Counted from the stretch's first letter, positions 9,062 through 19,137 are shown. The stretch: DNA of 64,000 nt from Candidatus Woesearchaeota archaeon (GCA_030670545.1 DAOVBM010000002.1:4258-68257); one strand, 5' to 3'. Made by a program: numbers and translations. The notes: generated by a model not told the origin, from the letters alone.

Positions 9062-9848
9062 AAGGAAATTTATCGCTGACAAACTCAAGGAATTCAGGAT
9101 TCATGAATTCATTTCACAAACTGTAAAAAGGGTTGGCCACAGTCATACAAAATTCACAAAAACCCCTATGGGGGAGAAGGTAATAATCTATACTTCAAGG
9201 CCTGGACTGATTGTTGGAAGAAAAGGCAAGAATATAAAGAAAATAACATCTGCGCTTAAGAAGAAATTTAATCTGGAAAACCCCCAACTGGAAATCTCTG
9301 AAGTGGAAAACCCTTCCCTGGATGCCAATATTGTTGCAGAGAACATAGCGAGTTCACTTGAAAAGTTCGGTCCGAGCAGGTTCAAAGGAGTAGGTCATAA
9401 AACCATGAGTGAAGTCATGAACGCCGGCGCAAAAGGCATAGAGATACTGATATCTGGAAAGATTCCAGGCAGTAGGGCAAGAAGATGGAGATTTTACCAG
9501 GGATACCTTAAAAAATGCGGTGAAGCTTCAGTATCAGGAGTAAAGAAAGCATATACATCAGCTGAGTTGAAGACAGGAGTAATAGGCATACAAGTTAGAA
9601 TAATGCCTCCTGACCTTAGGCTTCCTGACGATATAAGGCTCAGGACTAAGATTGTTGAGGAAGAAGCTGAAAAACCAGAAGAAGAAAAAAAGGAAAAGAA
9701 AGAAAAAGTGAAAGAAAAACCTAAAGAAAAACCTAAAGAAAAACCTAAGGAAGAAACTAAGGAAGAAACTAAAGAAGAAACTAAAGAAAAACCTAAAGAG
9801 AAAAGAAAGAAAAAAGAAGATACCAAAACCAAGGATAAGAAAAAATAA
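9054..9848 (+). CDS. rps3: 30S ribosomal protein uS3 (KH domain) with KEKPKEK/KEETKEE repeat tail
   Basis: KH-domain motif LIVGRKGKNIKKI. The C-terminal tail is encoded by 15- and 12-bp tandem DNA repeats at ~9711-9800. Confidence 0.85.
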   Translation: MIERKFIADKLKEFRIHEFISQTVKRVGHSHTKFTKTPMGEKVIIYTSRPGLIVGRKGKNIKKITSALKKKFNLENPQLEISEVENPSLDANIVAENIASSLEKFGPSRFKGVGHKTMSEVMNAGAKGIEILISGKIPGSRARRWRFYQGYLKKCGEASVSGVKKAYTSAELKTGVIGIQVRIMPPDLRLPDDIRLRTKIVEEEAEKPEEEKKEKKEKVKEKPKEKPKEKPKEETKEETKEETKEKPKEKRKKKEDTKTKDKKK

Positions 9849-9866
9849 TAATTTATACAATTAACC

Positions 9867-10076
9867 ATGGCAATAATAAACAAACAGGAATTGAAGAATC
9901 TGGAAGCAGATGACATCAAGGCAAAAGTGGAAGAGCTTAAAAAGGAGTTGATAAAGCATAATTCCCAGATAGCTACAGGAACTACACCAAAAAGCCCAGG
10001 AAGAGTAAGAGAGATTAAGAAAACTATTGCCAGATTATTAACTATAAGAAAAAACAAGGAGATTAAAGGTCAATGA
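9867..10076 (+). CDS. rpl29: 50S ribosomal protein uL29
   Basis: 69 aa, LKNLEADDIKAKVEELKKEL...IKKTIARLLT, position after S3. Confidence 0.8.
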   Translation: MAIINKQELKNLEADDIKAKVEELKKELIKHNSQIATGTTPKSPGRVREIKKTIARLLTIRKNKEIKGQ

Positions 10077-10381
10077 GCGAAATATGTTCAACTTGTGGGT
10101 TGCCTAAGGAATTATGCGTCTGTGAGACAATAGCAAAAGAGAGCCAAAGAATAGTCATCTCAATCATAAAAAAGAAATTCGGCAAGAAATATACAGTTAT
10201 CAAAGGCATTGACTCAAAACAGATAAACCTCAAGGAAATAACAAAACAACTAAAGAACAAACTTGCATGCGGAGGAACAGTCAAGGGCAATGAAATTGAA
10301 CTCCAGGGCGACCATAAGCAAAAAGTCAGGTTGTTCCTGATTGAGATTGGTTTTATGCCTGAAACAATAGATATAAGATAA
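10073..10381 (+). CDS. Translation initiation factor 1 (aIF1/SUI1)
   Basis: N-terminal CxxC..CxC followed by a SUI1 fold pattern IKKKFGKKYTVIKGID...LKNKLACGGTVKGNEIELQGDH. Confidence 0.8.
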   Translation: MSEICSTCGLPKELCVCETIAKESQRIVISIIKKKFGKKYTVIKGIDSKQINLKEITKQLKNKLACGGTVKGNEIELQGDHKQKVRLFLIEIGFMPETIDIR

Positions 10382-10384
10382 AGA

Positions 10385-10648
10385 ATGGAGAGCAAAAAGC
10401 AACAAAAGATTGAGTTCATTGGCTTGGAGATGGTGGTGCTGGATTCCCGGAACACTTCACTAATAGGCATTAAGGGCAGGGTCATTGACGAAACAAAAAA
10501 CATAATCATTATCGAGACAAAGGACAAAAAAATAAAAAAGCTGATAAAAAAAGACATCATATTTACAATAAAAAACAAAAGTGAAACACACACGATAAAC
10601 GGAAGCAAAATCACATACAGGCCTGAAGACAGAATTAAGAGGATATAA
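10385..10648 (+). CDS. rnp1: RNase P protein component 1 (Rpp29/Pop4)
   Basis: IGLEMVVLDSRNTSLIGIKGRVIDETKNIIIIE is an Rpp29 Sm-like barrel motif. Its position between L29 and S17 is the canonical archaeal placement. Confidence 0.75.
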   Translation: MESKKQQKIEFIGLEMVVLDSRNTSLIGIKGRVIDETKNIIIIETKDKKIKKLIKKDIIFTIKNKSETHTINGSKITYRPEDRIKRI

Positions 10649-10650
10649 AA

Positions 10651-11082
10651 ATGGTTGAAGCAAAAAAATTAGGGATTGATGTAAAGCCCCCAAAAGACAA
10701 GTGCGATGATGTAAAATGCCCTTTTCATGGAGAGCTTAAAGTCAGAGGCAGGACAATCAAAGGATTCATAGTATCAAGAGATATCCATACAAGCGCAACC
10801 CTTGAAACAGAAAAGATGAATTATGTAAAAAAATATGAAAGACACCTGAAAAAAAGGATGAAACTGAGGGTTCACAATCCACACTGTATAAATGCACAGG
10901 TAGGGGATGAGGTCAAAGCAATGGAATGCCGTCCATTAAGCAAGACAAAACATTTTGTTATTGTGGAGAAATGCAGACATGACATATTTGTTGAACAGAA
11001 GATAAAAGAGATAGAAGAAGAGAAAAAAGCTAAGAAAGGCAATAACGATAATAAAAATAATCAAGAGGATAAGAAAGAATGA
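10651..11082 (+). CDS. rps17: 30S ribosomal protein uS17
   Basis: CPFHGELKVRGRTIKGFIVSRDIHTSATL; Lys-rich tail. Confidence 0.85.
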   Translation: MVEAKKLGIDVKPPKDKCDDVKCPFHGELKVRGRTIKGFIVSRDIHTSATLETEKMNYVKKYERHLKKRMKLRVHNPHCINAQVGDEVKAMECRPLSKTKHFVIVEKCRHDIFVEQKIKEIEEEKKAKKGNNDNKNNQEDKKE

Positions 11083-11480
11083 AAGCAATTTCATCCAGGA
11101 TAGTAAAAGGCCTGCCTGTTGGATCGACTGTATCTACATGCGACAATAGCGGCGCAAAGACTCTCAGGATATGCGGAGTAAAGGGCCAGAAGACTGTAAA
11201 AGGCAGGGTTCCTGCAGCAGGAATCGGCGACATGGTGCTTGCTTCTGTCAAGAAAGGTAAGCCAGACATAAGGAAAACAGTTGTCTTCGCAGTGATAGTC
11301 AGACAGAAAAAGGAATACAGGCGGACTGATGGGACAAGAATCAAATTTGCAGACAATGTAGCTGTCGTGCTAAAGGATGATAAAGGGAATCCAAAAGGTA
11401 CAATATTCAAAGGAGCCATAGCAAAAGAAGCATGCGAAAGATACCCTGGAATATCAAAGATCGCTAAGATAATAGTATAA
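11079..11480 (+). CDS. rpl14: 50S ribosomal protein uL14
   Basis: VGSTVSTCDNSGAK...GDMVLASVKKG are L14 motifs. Confidence 0.9.
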   Translation: MKAISSRIVKGLPVGSTVSTCDNSGAKTLRICGVKGQKTVKGRVPAAGIGDMVLASVKKGKPDIRKTVVFAVIVRQKKEYRRTDGTRIKFADNVAVVLKDDKGNPKGTIFKGAIAKEACERYPGISKIAKIIV

Positions 11481-11498
11481 TCATAAAAAGGAATCAAA

Positions 11499-11927
11499 AT
11501 GAAAGCAGCATTTTCAAACTCGTGGAAAAGAAGCACCCAGCCAAGAAAGCAGAGGAAATACAGGCACAATGCCCCTCTTCATATAAGGCAAAAATTCATT
11601 AGGGCCCACTTATCCAAGGAATTGAGAGAGAAGCACAATAAGAGGTCTTCCAGCGTAAGGGTAGGAGATAAGACAAAGATAGTAAGAGGACAATTCAAGG
11701 GCAAGACTGGAAAAGTAGAAAGGGTTGACCTCAAAAAATCCAAGATCTATATTTCAGGTATAGAATCTGTAAAGAAAGAGGGCGCAAAAGTGCAGATTCC
11801 GATTAATCCTACTAATGTTATTATAACAGAACTCAACCTTGACGATAAAAAGCGAAAAGAAAGCATGACCAAATCTGCTGCTGAAAGCAAAAGCAGGACA
11901 GGCCCAAAAAAAGAAAGGGAGAAATAG
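11499..11927 (+). CDS. rpl24: 50S ribosomal protein uL24 (KOW)
   Basis: VRVGDKTKIVRGQFKGKTGKVERVD KOW motif, position after L14. Confidence 0.85.
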   Translation: MKAAFSNSWKRSTQPRKQRKYRHNAPLHIRQKFIRAHLSKELREKHNKRSSSVRVGDKTKIVRGQFKGKTGKVERVDLKKSKIYISGIESVKKEGAKVQIPINPTNVIITELNLDDKKRKESMTKSAAESKSRTGPKKEREK

Positions 11928-11930
11928 AAA

Positions 11931-12623
11931 ATGGTAAAACAACATCTGAAAAGGATAGCTATGCCAAACACATGGCAGATAAAGAGAAAGGGTATAACAT
12001 TCATTACAAGGCCAAAACCTGGCGCTCACAAGCTATCTGCAGGAATGTCATTTGAATCGCTATTGAAATACATACTATGCATCACAACAACAAAAAAAGA
12101 GTGCAAGGCAATTATGCATGACAAGAATGTCCTTATTGACGGGGTTGTAAGAACATGCCACAGGTACATGACAGGAATCTTAGATGTCATAAGCTTTCCA
12201 AAGATAAAGAAGCACTATCGTGTTATCCTGAATAATAATGCAAAAATAGGTGTTATTGAAATTAATGAAAAAGATGCAGGAATCAAGCCCTGCAGGATAA
12301 AGAAGAAGACAATACTTAAGAATAATAAAGTACAGCTTAACTTATCAGGAGGAAGAACAATAATCATAAAGAAAGACAGCTACAAGACTGGCGATACAAT
12401 CATGATAAGCCTGCCAAAACAGGAGATAAAGGATCATATCCCACTTGAGACTGGCGCTTTTATCCTGCTTTCAGGAGGAAAGCATGCAGGAGCCATGGGA
12501 AAAGTAACAGGAATTGAAGGAAAAAATATCAAGCTTAAAACTGCAGACAAAAAAGATATTGAGACACTAAAGAAATACGCATTTGCTATTGGAAAAGACA
12601 AGCCATTAATCAAAATACAATAA
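11931..12623 (+). CDS. rps4e: 30S ribosomal protein eS4
   Basis: Length 230 aa, HLKRIAMPNTWQIKRKGITFITRPKPG N-terminus typical of S4e. Confidence 0.85.
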   Translation: MVKQHLKRIAMPNTWQIKRKGITFITRPKPGAHKLSAGMSFESLLKYILCITTTKKECKAIMHDKNVLIDGVVRTCHRYMTGILDVISFPKIKKHYRVILNNNAKIGVIEINEKDAGIKPCRIKKKTILKNNKVQLNLSGGRTIIIKKDSYKTGDTIMISLPKQEIKDHIPLETGAFILLSGGKHAGAMGKVTGIEGKNIKLKTADKKDIETLKKYAFAIGKDKPLIKIQ

Positions 12624-12640
12624 TGAATCAATGAGACAAA

Positions 12641-13150
12641 ATGAACCAGATGAGAAATATAAAAATTGAGAAAGTCACCCTTAATGTAGGGGCAGGAAAA
12701 GACCTTAACAAGCTTGAGAAAGGCGCTAAGCTGCTCAAGACAATCACAGGGATAGATCCTGTCAAGACAATTACATCAAAGAGGATTCCCAGCTGGGGAC
12801 TCAGGCCCGGGCTCCCAATAGGATGCAAGATAACATTAAGAAAAGAAAAAGCTGTAGAAATATTAAAGCGCCTAATTGAAGCAAAAGATAATTTGCTCAA
12901 GGAATCGCAATTCGATACTAACGGTAATCTGGCATTCGGGATCCATGAGTACATTGATATCCCTGGAATGGAATATGATCCAGATATAGGGATCATGGGC
13001 TTTGAAGTATGCGTGACTTTAGAAAGGCCTGGATTCAGGATAAAAAGAAGAAAGCTAAATAAGCGAAAGATACGAAAAAACCATTCCATAACAAAGCAGG
13101 AAGCAATAGAATTGATGAAAAAAGAGTTCAATATGAAAATTGGTGAATAA
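12641..13150 (+). CDS. rpl5: 50S ribosomal protein uL5
   Basis: [13 protein letters not shown]...[32 protein letters not shown]. Confidence 0.9.
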   Translation: MNQMRNIKIEKVTLNVGAGKDLNKLEKGAKLLKTITGIDPVKTITSKRIPSWGLRPGLPIGCKITLRKEKAVEILKRLIEAKDNLLKESQFDTNGNLAFGIHEYIDIPGMEYDPDIGIMGFEVCVTLERPGFRIKRRKLNKRKIRKNHSITKQEAIELMKKEFNMKIGE

Positions 13151-13152
13151 AA

Positions 13153-13383
13153 ATGACAGTAAGCTCCCATACAAAAGTATTCAAACAGCTGAAGGTTAAA
13201 CCCCTGAAACTGAAGAAGTTCATAAAACACAATGCTCCTAAAGAGAGATCATGCGGAAAAGCGCTCAATAAATGCAAAAGATGCGGAAGGTTAGGCGGCC
13301 ATATAAATAAGTACAAGCTTCACCTCTGCAGGCAATGCTTTAGGGAGATTGCAACAAGAATAGGATTTAAAAAATACTCTTAA
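13153..13383 (+). CDS. rps14: 30S ribosomal protein uS14 (type Z, zinc-binding)
   Basis: CxxC...CxxC with [20 protein letters not shown]. Confidence 0.85.
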   Translation: MTVSSHTKVFKQLKVKPLKLKKFIKHNAPKERSCGKALNKCKRCGRLGGHINKYKLHLCRQCFREIATRIGFKKYS

Positions 13384-13415
13384 AAGAAAAAAATAAAACA
13401 TTCATGAGGTAAAAA

Positions 13416-13808
13416 ATGTCTCTTAACGACCCAATTGCAAACACATTTTCAAAGATAATGAACAGCGAAAAACTTGGCAAAGGCGAATGCCTGATCAAGC
13501 CAGTTTCAAACATAATAAAGACTCTGCTCACGCTGATGAACGACAGGAATTATATAGGAAAATTCAAAGAGGTTGTTTATTCGCAGGGGAACTATATAAC
13601 AGTTAACCTGCTTGGCAGGATAAATAAATGCGGAGTAATAAAGCCAAGATATGCTATAAAAAAAGATGATTTCGAAAAATTTGAGAAAAGGTACCTGCCT
13701 GCAAGGGGATTCGGTATCCTTATAGTATCCACATCAAAAGGAATAATGACAAATGAAGACGCAAAAGAAAAAGGCATTGGAGGAAGGCTGATAGCATATT
13801 GTTATTAG
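13416..13808 (+). CDS. rps8: 30S ribosomal protein uS8
   Basis: MSLNDPIANTFSKIMNSE...GGRLIAYCY is a classic S8 start and end. Confidence 0.9.
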   Translation: MSLNDPIANTFSKIMNSEKLGKGECLIKPVSNIIKTLLTLMNDRNYIGKFKEVVYSQGNYITVNLLGRINKCGVIKPRYAIKKDDFEKFEKRYLPARGFGILIVSTSKGIMTNEDAKEKGIGGRLIAYCY

Positions 13809-13829
13809 TGTTATTATAATGTTATTAAA

Positions 13830-14378
13830 ATGAAAATCAAACAAATTGAGAGAATCATTGAAATCCCTGAAGGAATCAGCATAGAATTAGATAAAACCCT
13901 AGTAACTGTAAAAGGAGAAAAAGGGTCAGTCTTAAGAACATGGGACAATCCTAAAATAAATGCTGTAATGGAAGGTAATATGCTCAAGATTAGCGTAAAT
14001 AACGCAACAAACAGGGAGAAGAAAGACCTCCTTACGCTCAATGCGCATTTGAAGAACATGCTGAGAGGCGTAAAGGATGGCCATATCTATAAACTTAAGA
14101 TATGCTCTGGCCACTTCCCAATGAATGTCAGCATATCCAATAATGTAATCTCTGTCAAGAATTTCATTGGCGAAAAGATTCCAAGGACATATGCGATAAA
14201 AGAAGGGGCTGATGTCAAGATAGATGGCGACATAATAATAATCAAATCCTGCAGTAAGGAGATAGCAGGAGATACTGCTGCAAGCATAGAAAGGTTAACA
14301 AGAATAACAAATAAGGACAGAAGAATATTCCAGGATGGACTATATATCATAATGAAAGACGGCAAGGAGCTAAAATGA
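13830..14378 (+). CDS. rpl6: 50S ribosomal protein uL6
   Basis: IEIPEGISIELDKTLVTVKGEKG...SGHFPMNVSI. Confidence 0.85.
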   Translation: MKIKQIERIIEIPEGISIELDKTLVTVKGEKGSVLRTWDNPKINAVMEGNMLKISVNNATNREKKDLLTLNAHLKNMLRGVKDGHIYKLKICSGHFPMNVSISNNVISVKNFIGEKIPRTYAIKEGADVKIDGDIIIIKSCSKEIAGDTAASIERLTRITNKDRRIFQDGLYIIMKDGKELK

Positions 14379-14965
14379 AAGATTTAATTATCAAAAGGAA
14401 GGCAATGAAAGCTAAAAAGCCCACATTCCGCAGGCAGGATTCCCATAAGAAAGATAGGCTTGGCAGCGGATGGAGAAAACCAAAGGGGCTGCATTCCAAA
14501 GTAAGGCTTTGCAAGAAAGGCTATTGCAGAAGCGTAAGTACAGGATATGGCTCTCCAAAAAATGTTGCAGGCTTGAGTAGGGAAGGTCTTGTAAAAGTAA
14601 ATATCGCATCAGTTAATGATCTTAACATAATAGATAATAAGATACAGGGAGTGATCATAAACTCATCTGTGGGAAATAAAAAAAGGCTTGAGATAATAAA
14701 AACTGCAAAAGAAAAGAATATCATGATACTCAATCTAAAGGATCCTGAAAAATATGCAGCAAAGATAGAGGATGCTATGAAAAAGAAGAGACAAGATAAA
14801 GATAGCAAAAAGAAAGAAAAAGAAATGAAAGCCAAGGAAAAAGAAGAGAAGAAGAAAGAGAAGCTGGAGACAAAAATAGAGAAAGAAGAGACTGGCGAAG
14901 AGAAGAAGGATAGAGAAAAGAAAGAAAAAGATAAGATATTGACATCAAAGAGTGAATCACTATGA
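14375..14965 (+). CDS. rpl32e: 50S ribosomal protein eL32 with Lys/Glu-rich tail
   Basis: RRQDSHKKDRLGSGWRKPKGLHSKVR eL32 motif. ~70-aa tail KKRQDKDSKKKEKEMKAKEKEEKKKEK. Confidence 0.8.
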   Translation: MKDLIIKRKAMKAKKPTFRRQDSHKKDRLGSGWRKPKGLHSKVRLCKKGYCRSVSTGYGSPKNVAGLSREGLVKVNIASVNDLNIIDNKIQGVIINSSVGNKKRLEIIKTAKEKNIMILNLKDPEKYAAKIEDAMKKKRQDKDSKKKEKEMKAKEKEEKKKEKLETKIEKEETGEEKKDREKKEKDKILTSKSESL

Positions 14966-15432
14966 AACTTGACGTACAAAAAAGGATAATTTCAGATCTC
15001 TTGGAAGTATCTAAAAAGAGAATAGTTTTTGACGAGACAAGATTGGATGAGATAAAAGAGGCCATAACAAAATCAGACCTTAAGTCACTTGTTAAAGACA
15101 AGGCTATTTCAGTACTGCCAAAAAGAGGAATCTCCCGTGTAAGAGCAAGAAAAATCATGAAGCAGAAAAAAAAGGGCAGGATGAAAGGCCACGGCAGCAG
15201 GAAAGGAAAGAATACTGCGCGCCTTCCAGGAAAAAGGGTATGGATAAATAAAATCCGGGCACTGAAAACCATGCTCAAGGTGCTGAGAGATAAAAAGATT
15301 GTGGAGACTTCAACTTATCAAAATCTTTACAATAAGGCAAGAGGCGGCTTTTTCAGATCAAGGAGACACCTCAGGCTGTATATAAATGAGCAAGGGCTTA
15401 TAAAAAAGAAGATTATAAAAAAGAAAGAATGA
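14962..15432 (+). CDS. rpl19e: 50S ribosomal protein eL19
   Basis: MKLDVQKRIISDLL..., RARKIMKQKKKGRMKGHGSRKGK, position after L32e. Confidence 0.85.
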   Translation: MKLDVQKRIISDLLEVSKKRIVFDETRLDEIKEAITKSDLKSLVKDKAISVLPKRGISRVRARKIMKQKKKGRMKGHGSRKGKNTARLPGKRVWINKIRALKTMLKVLRDKKIVETSTYQNLYNKARGGFFRSRRHLRLYINEQGLIKKKIIKKKE

Positions 15433-15441
15433 TGATTAAAA

Positions 15442-16029
15442 ATGAAAAAAAATTTTAAAACCCGCGTAGTGCAATTCAGAAGGAAAAGAGAAGGGAAAAC
15501 AAACTATAAGAAGAGGCTAAAGCTGCTTAAATCAGGCATGCCCCGGTTGGTCATAAAAAAGTCGCTTAAGCATATCTCTGTGCAGATAATAGAATATTCG
15601 CAGCATGGAGACAAGGTTGTCGCAACAATCAATTCAAAAGTGCTTGAGAAGATGGGTTGGCCTGCAAAAGGAAATATCCCTAGCGCTTATCTTACAGGAT
15701 TGCTGGTGGGAAAAAAGGCTGTTGAGATGAAGATAAAGAAGATTATCCTTGACACAGGCATGCAGTCTGTTGTAAAGGGATCAAGGATATACGCTCTTGC
15801 CAAGGGAGCTATTGACGCAGGAATGGATATTCCTCATGCAAAAGATGTATTGCCTAATGATGATATAGTGAAATGCAAAGCAATAGAAAACTATGCAAAA
15901 ATCCTAAAAGAAAAAGATGCTGATGCTTACAAAAAGCAATTTTCACAATATTTAAAAAATAACATAGATCCTTTAATGCTGGGAAAGATGTTTGAAACAA
16001 TTAAAAATAAAATAACCGGTGCCAAATAA
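15442..16029 (+). CDS. rpl18: 50S ribosomal protein uL18
   Basis: RRKREGKTNYKKRLKLLKSG...RLVIKKSLKHISVQII. Confidence 0.85.
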   Translation: MKKNFKTRVVQFRRKREGKTNYKKRLKLLKSGMPRLVIKKSLKHISVQIIEYSQHGDKVVATINSKVLEKMGWPAKGNIPSAYLTGLLVGKKAVEMKIKKIILDTGMQSVVKGSRIYALAKGAIDAGMDIPHAKDVLPNDDIVKCKAIENYAKILKEKDADAYKKQFSQYLKNNIDPLMLGKMFETIKNKITGAK

Positions 16030-16897
16030 AATGCCTAAAAAAGAAGACAATAAAAAAGAAGATATTGAAGAAAAGAAGGAAGAAACAACTGTTGAAGGAG
16101 AGGAAAAAGTTGAAACTACAGCAAAAGATGCTGAGATCCCAGTTGAAAAGCCGTCTGAAGAAATAAAAGAAGCTGCTAAACCAGCACAAAATGCTACTCT
16201 TAGCGGGTGGAATCCTGCAACAGACATTGGAAAAAAAGTAAAATCAGGAGAGATAACTAGCTTTGCTGAAATAAAGGAAAAGGGCCTTAAGGTGATGGAA
16301 CCAGAGATTACAGAAGTCCTTCTTCCAGAACTTGAATCTGATCTGCTCCTTATAGGTCAGGCAAAAGGAAAATTCGGCGGTGGCCAGAGAAGAGTTTTCA
16401 AGCAGACACAGAAGAAGACAAAAGAAGGAAACAAACCAAGCTTCGCAACCTTTGCAGTTGTAGGCAACAGTAATGGCTATGTGGGAGTAGGTTATGGAAA
16501 AAGCAAAGAAACAGTTCCTGCAAGAGAAAAAGCCCTAAGGAATGCTAAGCTCAGTGTTATGAAGATCAGAAGAGGATGCGGCAGCTGGCAATGCGAATGC
16601 AAACAGCCACACTCTATACCTTTCGAGGTCTCTGGAAAATGCGGGTCAGTAATATTAAAGCTAATGCCAGCTCCAAAAGGAACTGGAATGTGCGTAGAGC
16701 CTGAATGCCAGAAAGTATTGAGATTAGCAGGAATCACAGACATCTGGTCAAAATCCCTTGGACAGACCAAGACAAAAACTAATCTTATCAAAGCGTGTGT
16801 TGATGCACTGCATAACCTCAACAGGATGAAGATATCCCCTAAAGATAAAGAAATGCTAGGGATTGTTGAAGGAAGCATAAAAAAGGAAGAAAACTAA
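16019..16897 (+). CDS. rps5: 30S ribosomal protein uS5 with ~70-aa acidic/Lys-rich N-terminal extension
   Basis: WNPATDIGKKVKSGEI...FAVVGNSNGYVGVGYGKSKETVPAREKA is the S5 core. Confidence 0.85.
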   Translation: MPNKMPKKEDNKKEDIEEKKEETTVEGEEKVETTAKDAEIPVEKPSEEIKEAAKPAQNATLSGWNPATDIGKKVKSGEITSFAEIKEKGLKVMEPEITEVLLPELESDLLLIGQAKGKFGGGQRRVFKQTQKKTKEGNKPSFATFAVVGNSNGYVGVGYGKSKETVPAREKALRNAKLSVMKIRRGCGSWQCECKQPHSIPFEVSGKCGSVILKLMPAPKGTGMCVEPECQKVLRLAGITDIWSKSLGQTKTKTNLIKACVDALHNLNRMKISPKDKEMLGIVEGSIKKEEN

Positions 16898-16898
16898 A

Positions 16899-17285
16899 AT
16901 GGAAGAAGCAACAAAAAGCAATGGTGGCAAGGAAAATTTGGCTGTAATACGTATAAGGGGAGTAACTGGCATAAAACATGACATAAAACAGACCCTTGAT
17001 ATGCTTAATCTTCATAGAAAGAACAACTGCGTTGTTATTCCTAAAACCGATGTTTATCTTGGTATGCTTGCCAAGGTTAAGGATTTCACTACATTCGGAA
17101 CAATAGATGATGATACTTACAAGATACTTGTCGAAAAAAGGGGAAAAGAAGAACAAAAGTTCTTTAGGCTGCACCCACCAAGGAAAGGGTATGCAAGAAA
17201 AGGCATAAAGACGCCTTTTTCAATGGGCGGCGCGCTTGGAGACAGGAAAGAAAAGATAAATGAACTAATAATAAGGATGATTTAA
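16899..17285 (+). CDS. rpl30: 50S ribosomal protein uL30
   Basis: LAVIRIRGVTGIKHDIKQTLDMLNLHRKNNCVVIP. Confidence 0.85.
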   Translation: MEEATKSNGGKENLAVIRIRGVTGIKHDIKQTLDMLNLHRKNNCVVIPKTDVYLGMLAKVKDFTTFGTIDDDTYKILVEKRGKEEQKFFRLHPPRKGYARKGIKTPFSMGGALGDRKEKINELIIRMI

Positions 17286-17744
17286 GTGGTAATCAATAAA
17301 AGATCAAAACTTAGTAGGCAGAGAGGCACCCATACACATGGCTGGGGTTCAAAGAAAAAGCACAGGGGAGCAGGCAACAGAGGCGGAAGAGGCAATGCAG
17401 GATCTGGAAAAAGGGGAGATGCAAAAAAGCCTGGGAACTGGTCAGGAAGATATTTCGGCAAGTATGGATTCAATAAAGTGAACAAAGTTATATTTAATCC
17501 TATAAATATAAGGATTCTTGAAGATAATATAGATAGATTTATAGCAGAAAGCAAGGCAAAAAAAGAAGGTGAGTTCTATCTTATGGATATATCAGATCTT
17601 AACTGCAATAAGCTCCTTGCAACAGGAAAAGCGACAAAGAAGATGAAAATAACTGCAAAATATGCTTCAAAATCAGCGATTGAAAAGATAAAGTCTGCAG
17701 GTGGTGAAGTGATTCTCACTGGTGCGCAGGATAAAAAGAATTAA
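17286..17744 (+). CDS. rpl15: 50S ribosomal protein uL15 (GTG start)
   Basis: KRSKLSRQRGTHTHGWGSKKKHRGAGNRGGRGNAGS. Confidence 0.85.
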   Translation: MVINKRSKLSRQRGTHTHGWGSKKKHRGAGNRGGRGNAGSGKRGDAKKPGNWSGRYFGKYGFNKVNKVIFNPINIRILEDNIDRFIAESKAKKEGEFYLMDISDLNCNKLLATGKATKKMKITAKYASKSAIEKIKSAGGEVILTGAQDKKN

Positions 17745-17770
17745 ATAGTATAAGTTCAATAAAAAGAAAG

Positions 17771-19135
17771 ATGAGTGTTATCCAAAACATGCTGATGAAC
17801 CTGCCAGAGATTGCAGGCCCCACTCAAAAAAGGCTGTCATTCAAAGAAAAGCTTAAGTGGACATTAATAGTTCTTGTATTATTCTTTATCATGGGGGTAA
17901 TCCCTCTTTTTGGGCTTGGAGAGAACCAGCTCGCGCAGTTTGAATATCTTTCGATAATGTTGGGGGCCAGTTTCGGTTCTATAATCTCCCTTGGAATCGG
18001 GCCGCTTGTTACATCTTCAATCGTCCTGCAGTTATTAAACGGCTCAGGGCTTGTAAAATTTGACCTGACAACACCTGAAGGGAAAAGGAATTTCCAGGGC
18101 ATACAGAAATTGCTGGGTTTTTTCTTCATAGTGTTTGAGGCTGCAATATTTGTACTGATGGGAGGACTTGCACCACTGCCAGGAGTGCCTGCATGGATGC
18201 TTATATTCCAGCTTACACTTGGTGGAATCATTATAATGTTTATGGATGAAGTTGTATCAAAATGGGGCTTTGGCTCAGGCATCAGCCTTTTTATAGCGGC
18301 AGGAGTCTCACAAAGCATATTCATAAGGGCATTGAGCCCACTTCCGTCTCCTACAAACCCTGCTATCGCTGCAGGAGCTATCCCTGCATTGTTCCAGTCT
18401 CTTGCTGCAGGAGACCCGCAGACTGCTGCGCTTAACATAGCAGCAATATTATCAACAGTTTTTGTGTTTTCGATATCTGTCTATGCCCAGGCTATGAAGA
18501 TTGAGATTCCGTTGTCTTTTGGAAGGATAAGAGGCCATGGCATAAGATGGCCTTTAAGTTTTATCTATACTTCAGTCATCCCAGTGATTCTTGTTTCTGC
18601 ATTGATGGCAAATGTTCAGCTCTGGGCACGGTTGCTTGAAAGGTGGGGGCATCCTATACTGGGGACATTTATAGGCAATATGCCAGCAACAGGTCTTGTT
18701 GCATGGATATATCCTCCAGATCTTATAGGCAAGCTTATTAAAGGTTCTATAGCTGGCGCAGATATAGGACATTCTCTTGTATACATGCTTTTTATGATAG
18801 TAGGAGCAGTAGTATTCAGTATATTTTGGATGCAGACAGCAGGGATGGATGCAAGAAGCCAGGCAAAGCAGATCATGGCATCAGGCTTGCAGGTACCTGG
18901 GTTTAGAAAAGATGAAAGGATTCTCGAGAGATTGTTGAATAGGTACATCTGGCCCCTAACTGTTATGGGTGGGATAGCAATAGGATTCCTTGCATCAAGC
19001 GCAGACCTTACTGGAGCATTGTCACAGGGAACAGGAATCCTTCTCAGTGTCATGATCATATATAAACTGTATGAAGAAATTGCAAAACAGCATATGATGG
19101 ACATGCATCCTATGATGCGTAAGTTTATGGAATAA
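17771..19135 (+). CDS. secY: Preprotein translocase subunit SecY
   Basis: 10 TM helices, position after L15, 454 aa, conserved plug and TM2 region. Confidence 0.9.
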   Translation: MSVIQNMLMNLPEIAGPTQKRLSFKEKLKWTLIVLVLFFIMGVIPLFGLGENQLAQFEYLSIMLGASFGSIISLGIGPLVTSSIVLQLLNGSGLVKFDLTTPEGKRNFQGIQKLLGFFFIVFEAAIFVLMGGLAPLPGVPAWMLIFQLTLGGIIIMFMDEVVSKWGFGSGISLFIAAGVSQSIFIRALSPLPSPTNPAIAAGAIPALFQSLAAGDPQTAALNIAAILSTVFVFSISVYAQAMKIEIPLSFGRIRGHGIRWPLSFIYTSVIPVILVSALMANVQLWARLLERWGHPILGTFIGNMPATGLVAWIYPPDLIGKLIKGSIAGADIGHSLVYMLFMIVGAVVFSIFWMQTAGMDARSQAKQIMASGLQVPGFRKDERILERLLNRYIWPLTVMGGIAIGFLASSADLTGALSQGTGILLSVMIIYKLYEEIAKQHMMDMHPMMRKFME

Positions 19136-19137
19136 AA

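Noticed and set aside
8260-10057. Long minus-strand ORFs (8260-8922, 8561-8926, 9494-10057, 9558-9860) opposite uL22 and uS3
   Set aside because: They are generated by the reverse complement of the Lys/Glu codon repeats (Phe/Leu/Ser-rich nonsense) and lie entirely inside conserved r-protein genes.
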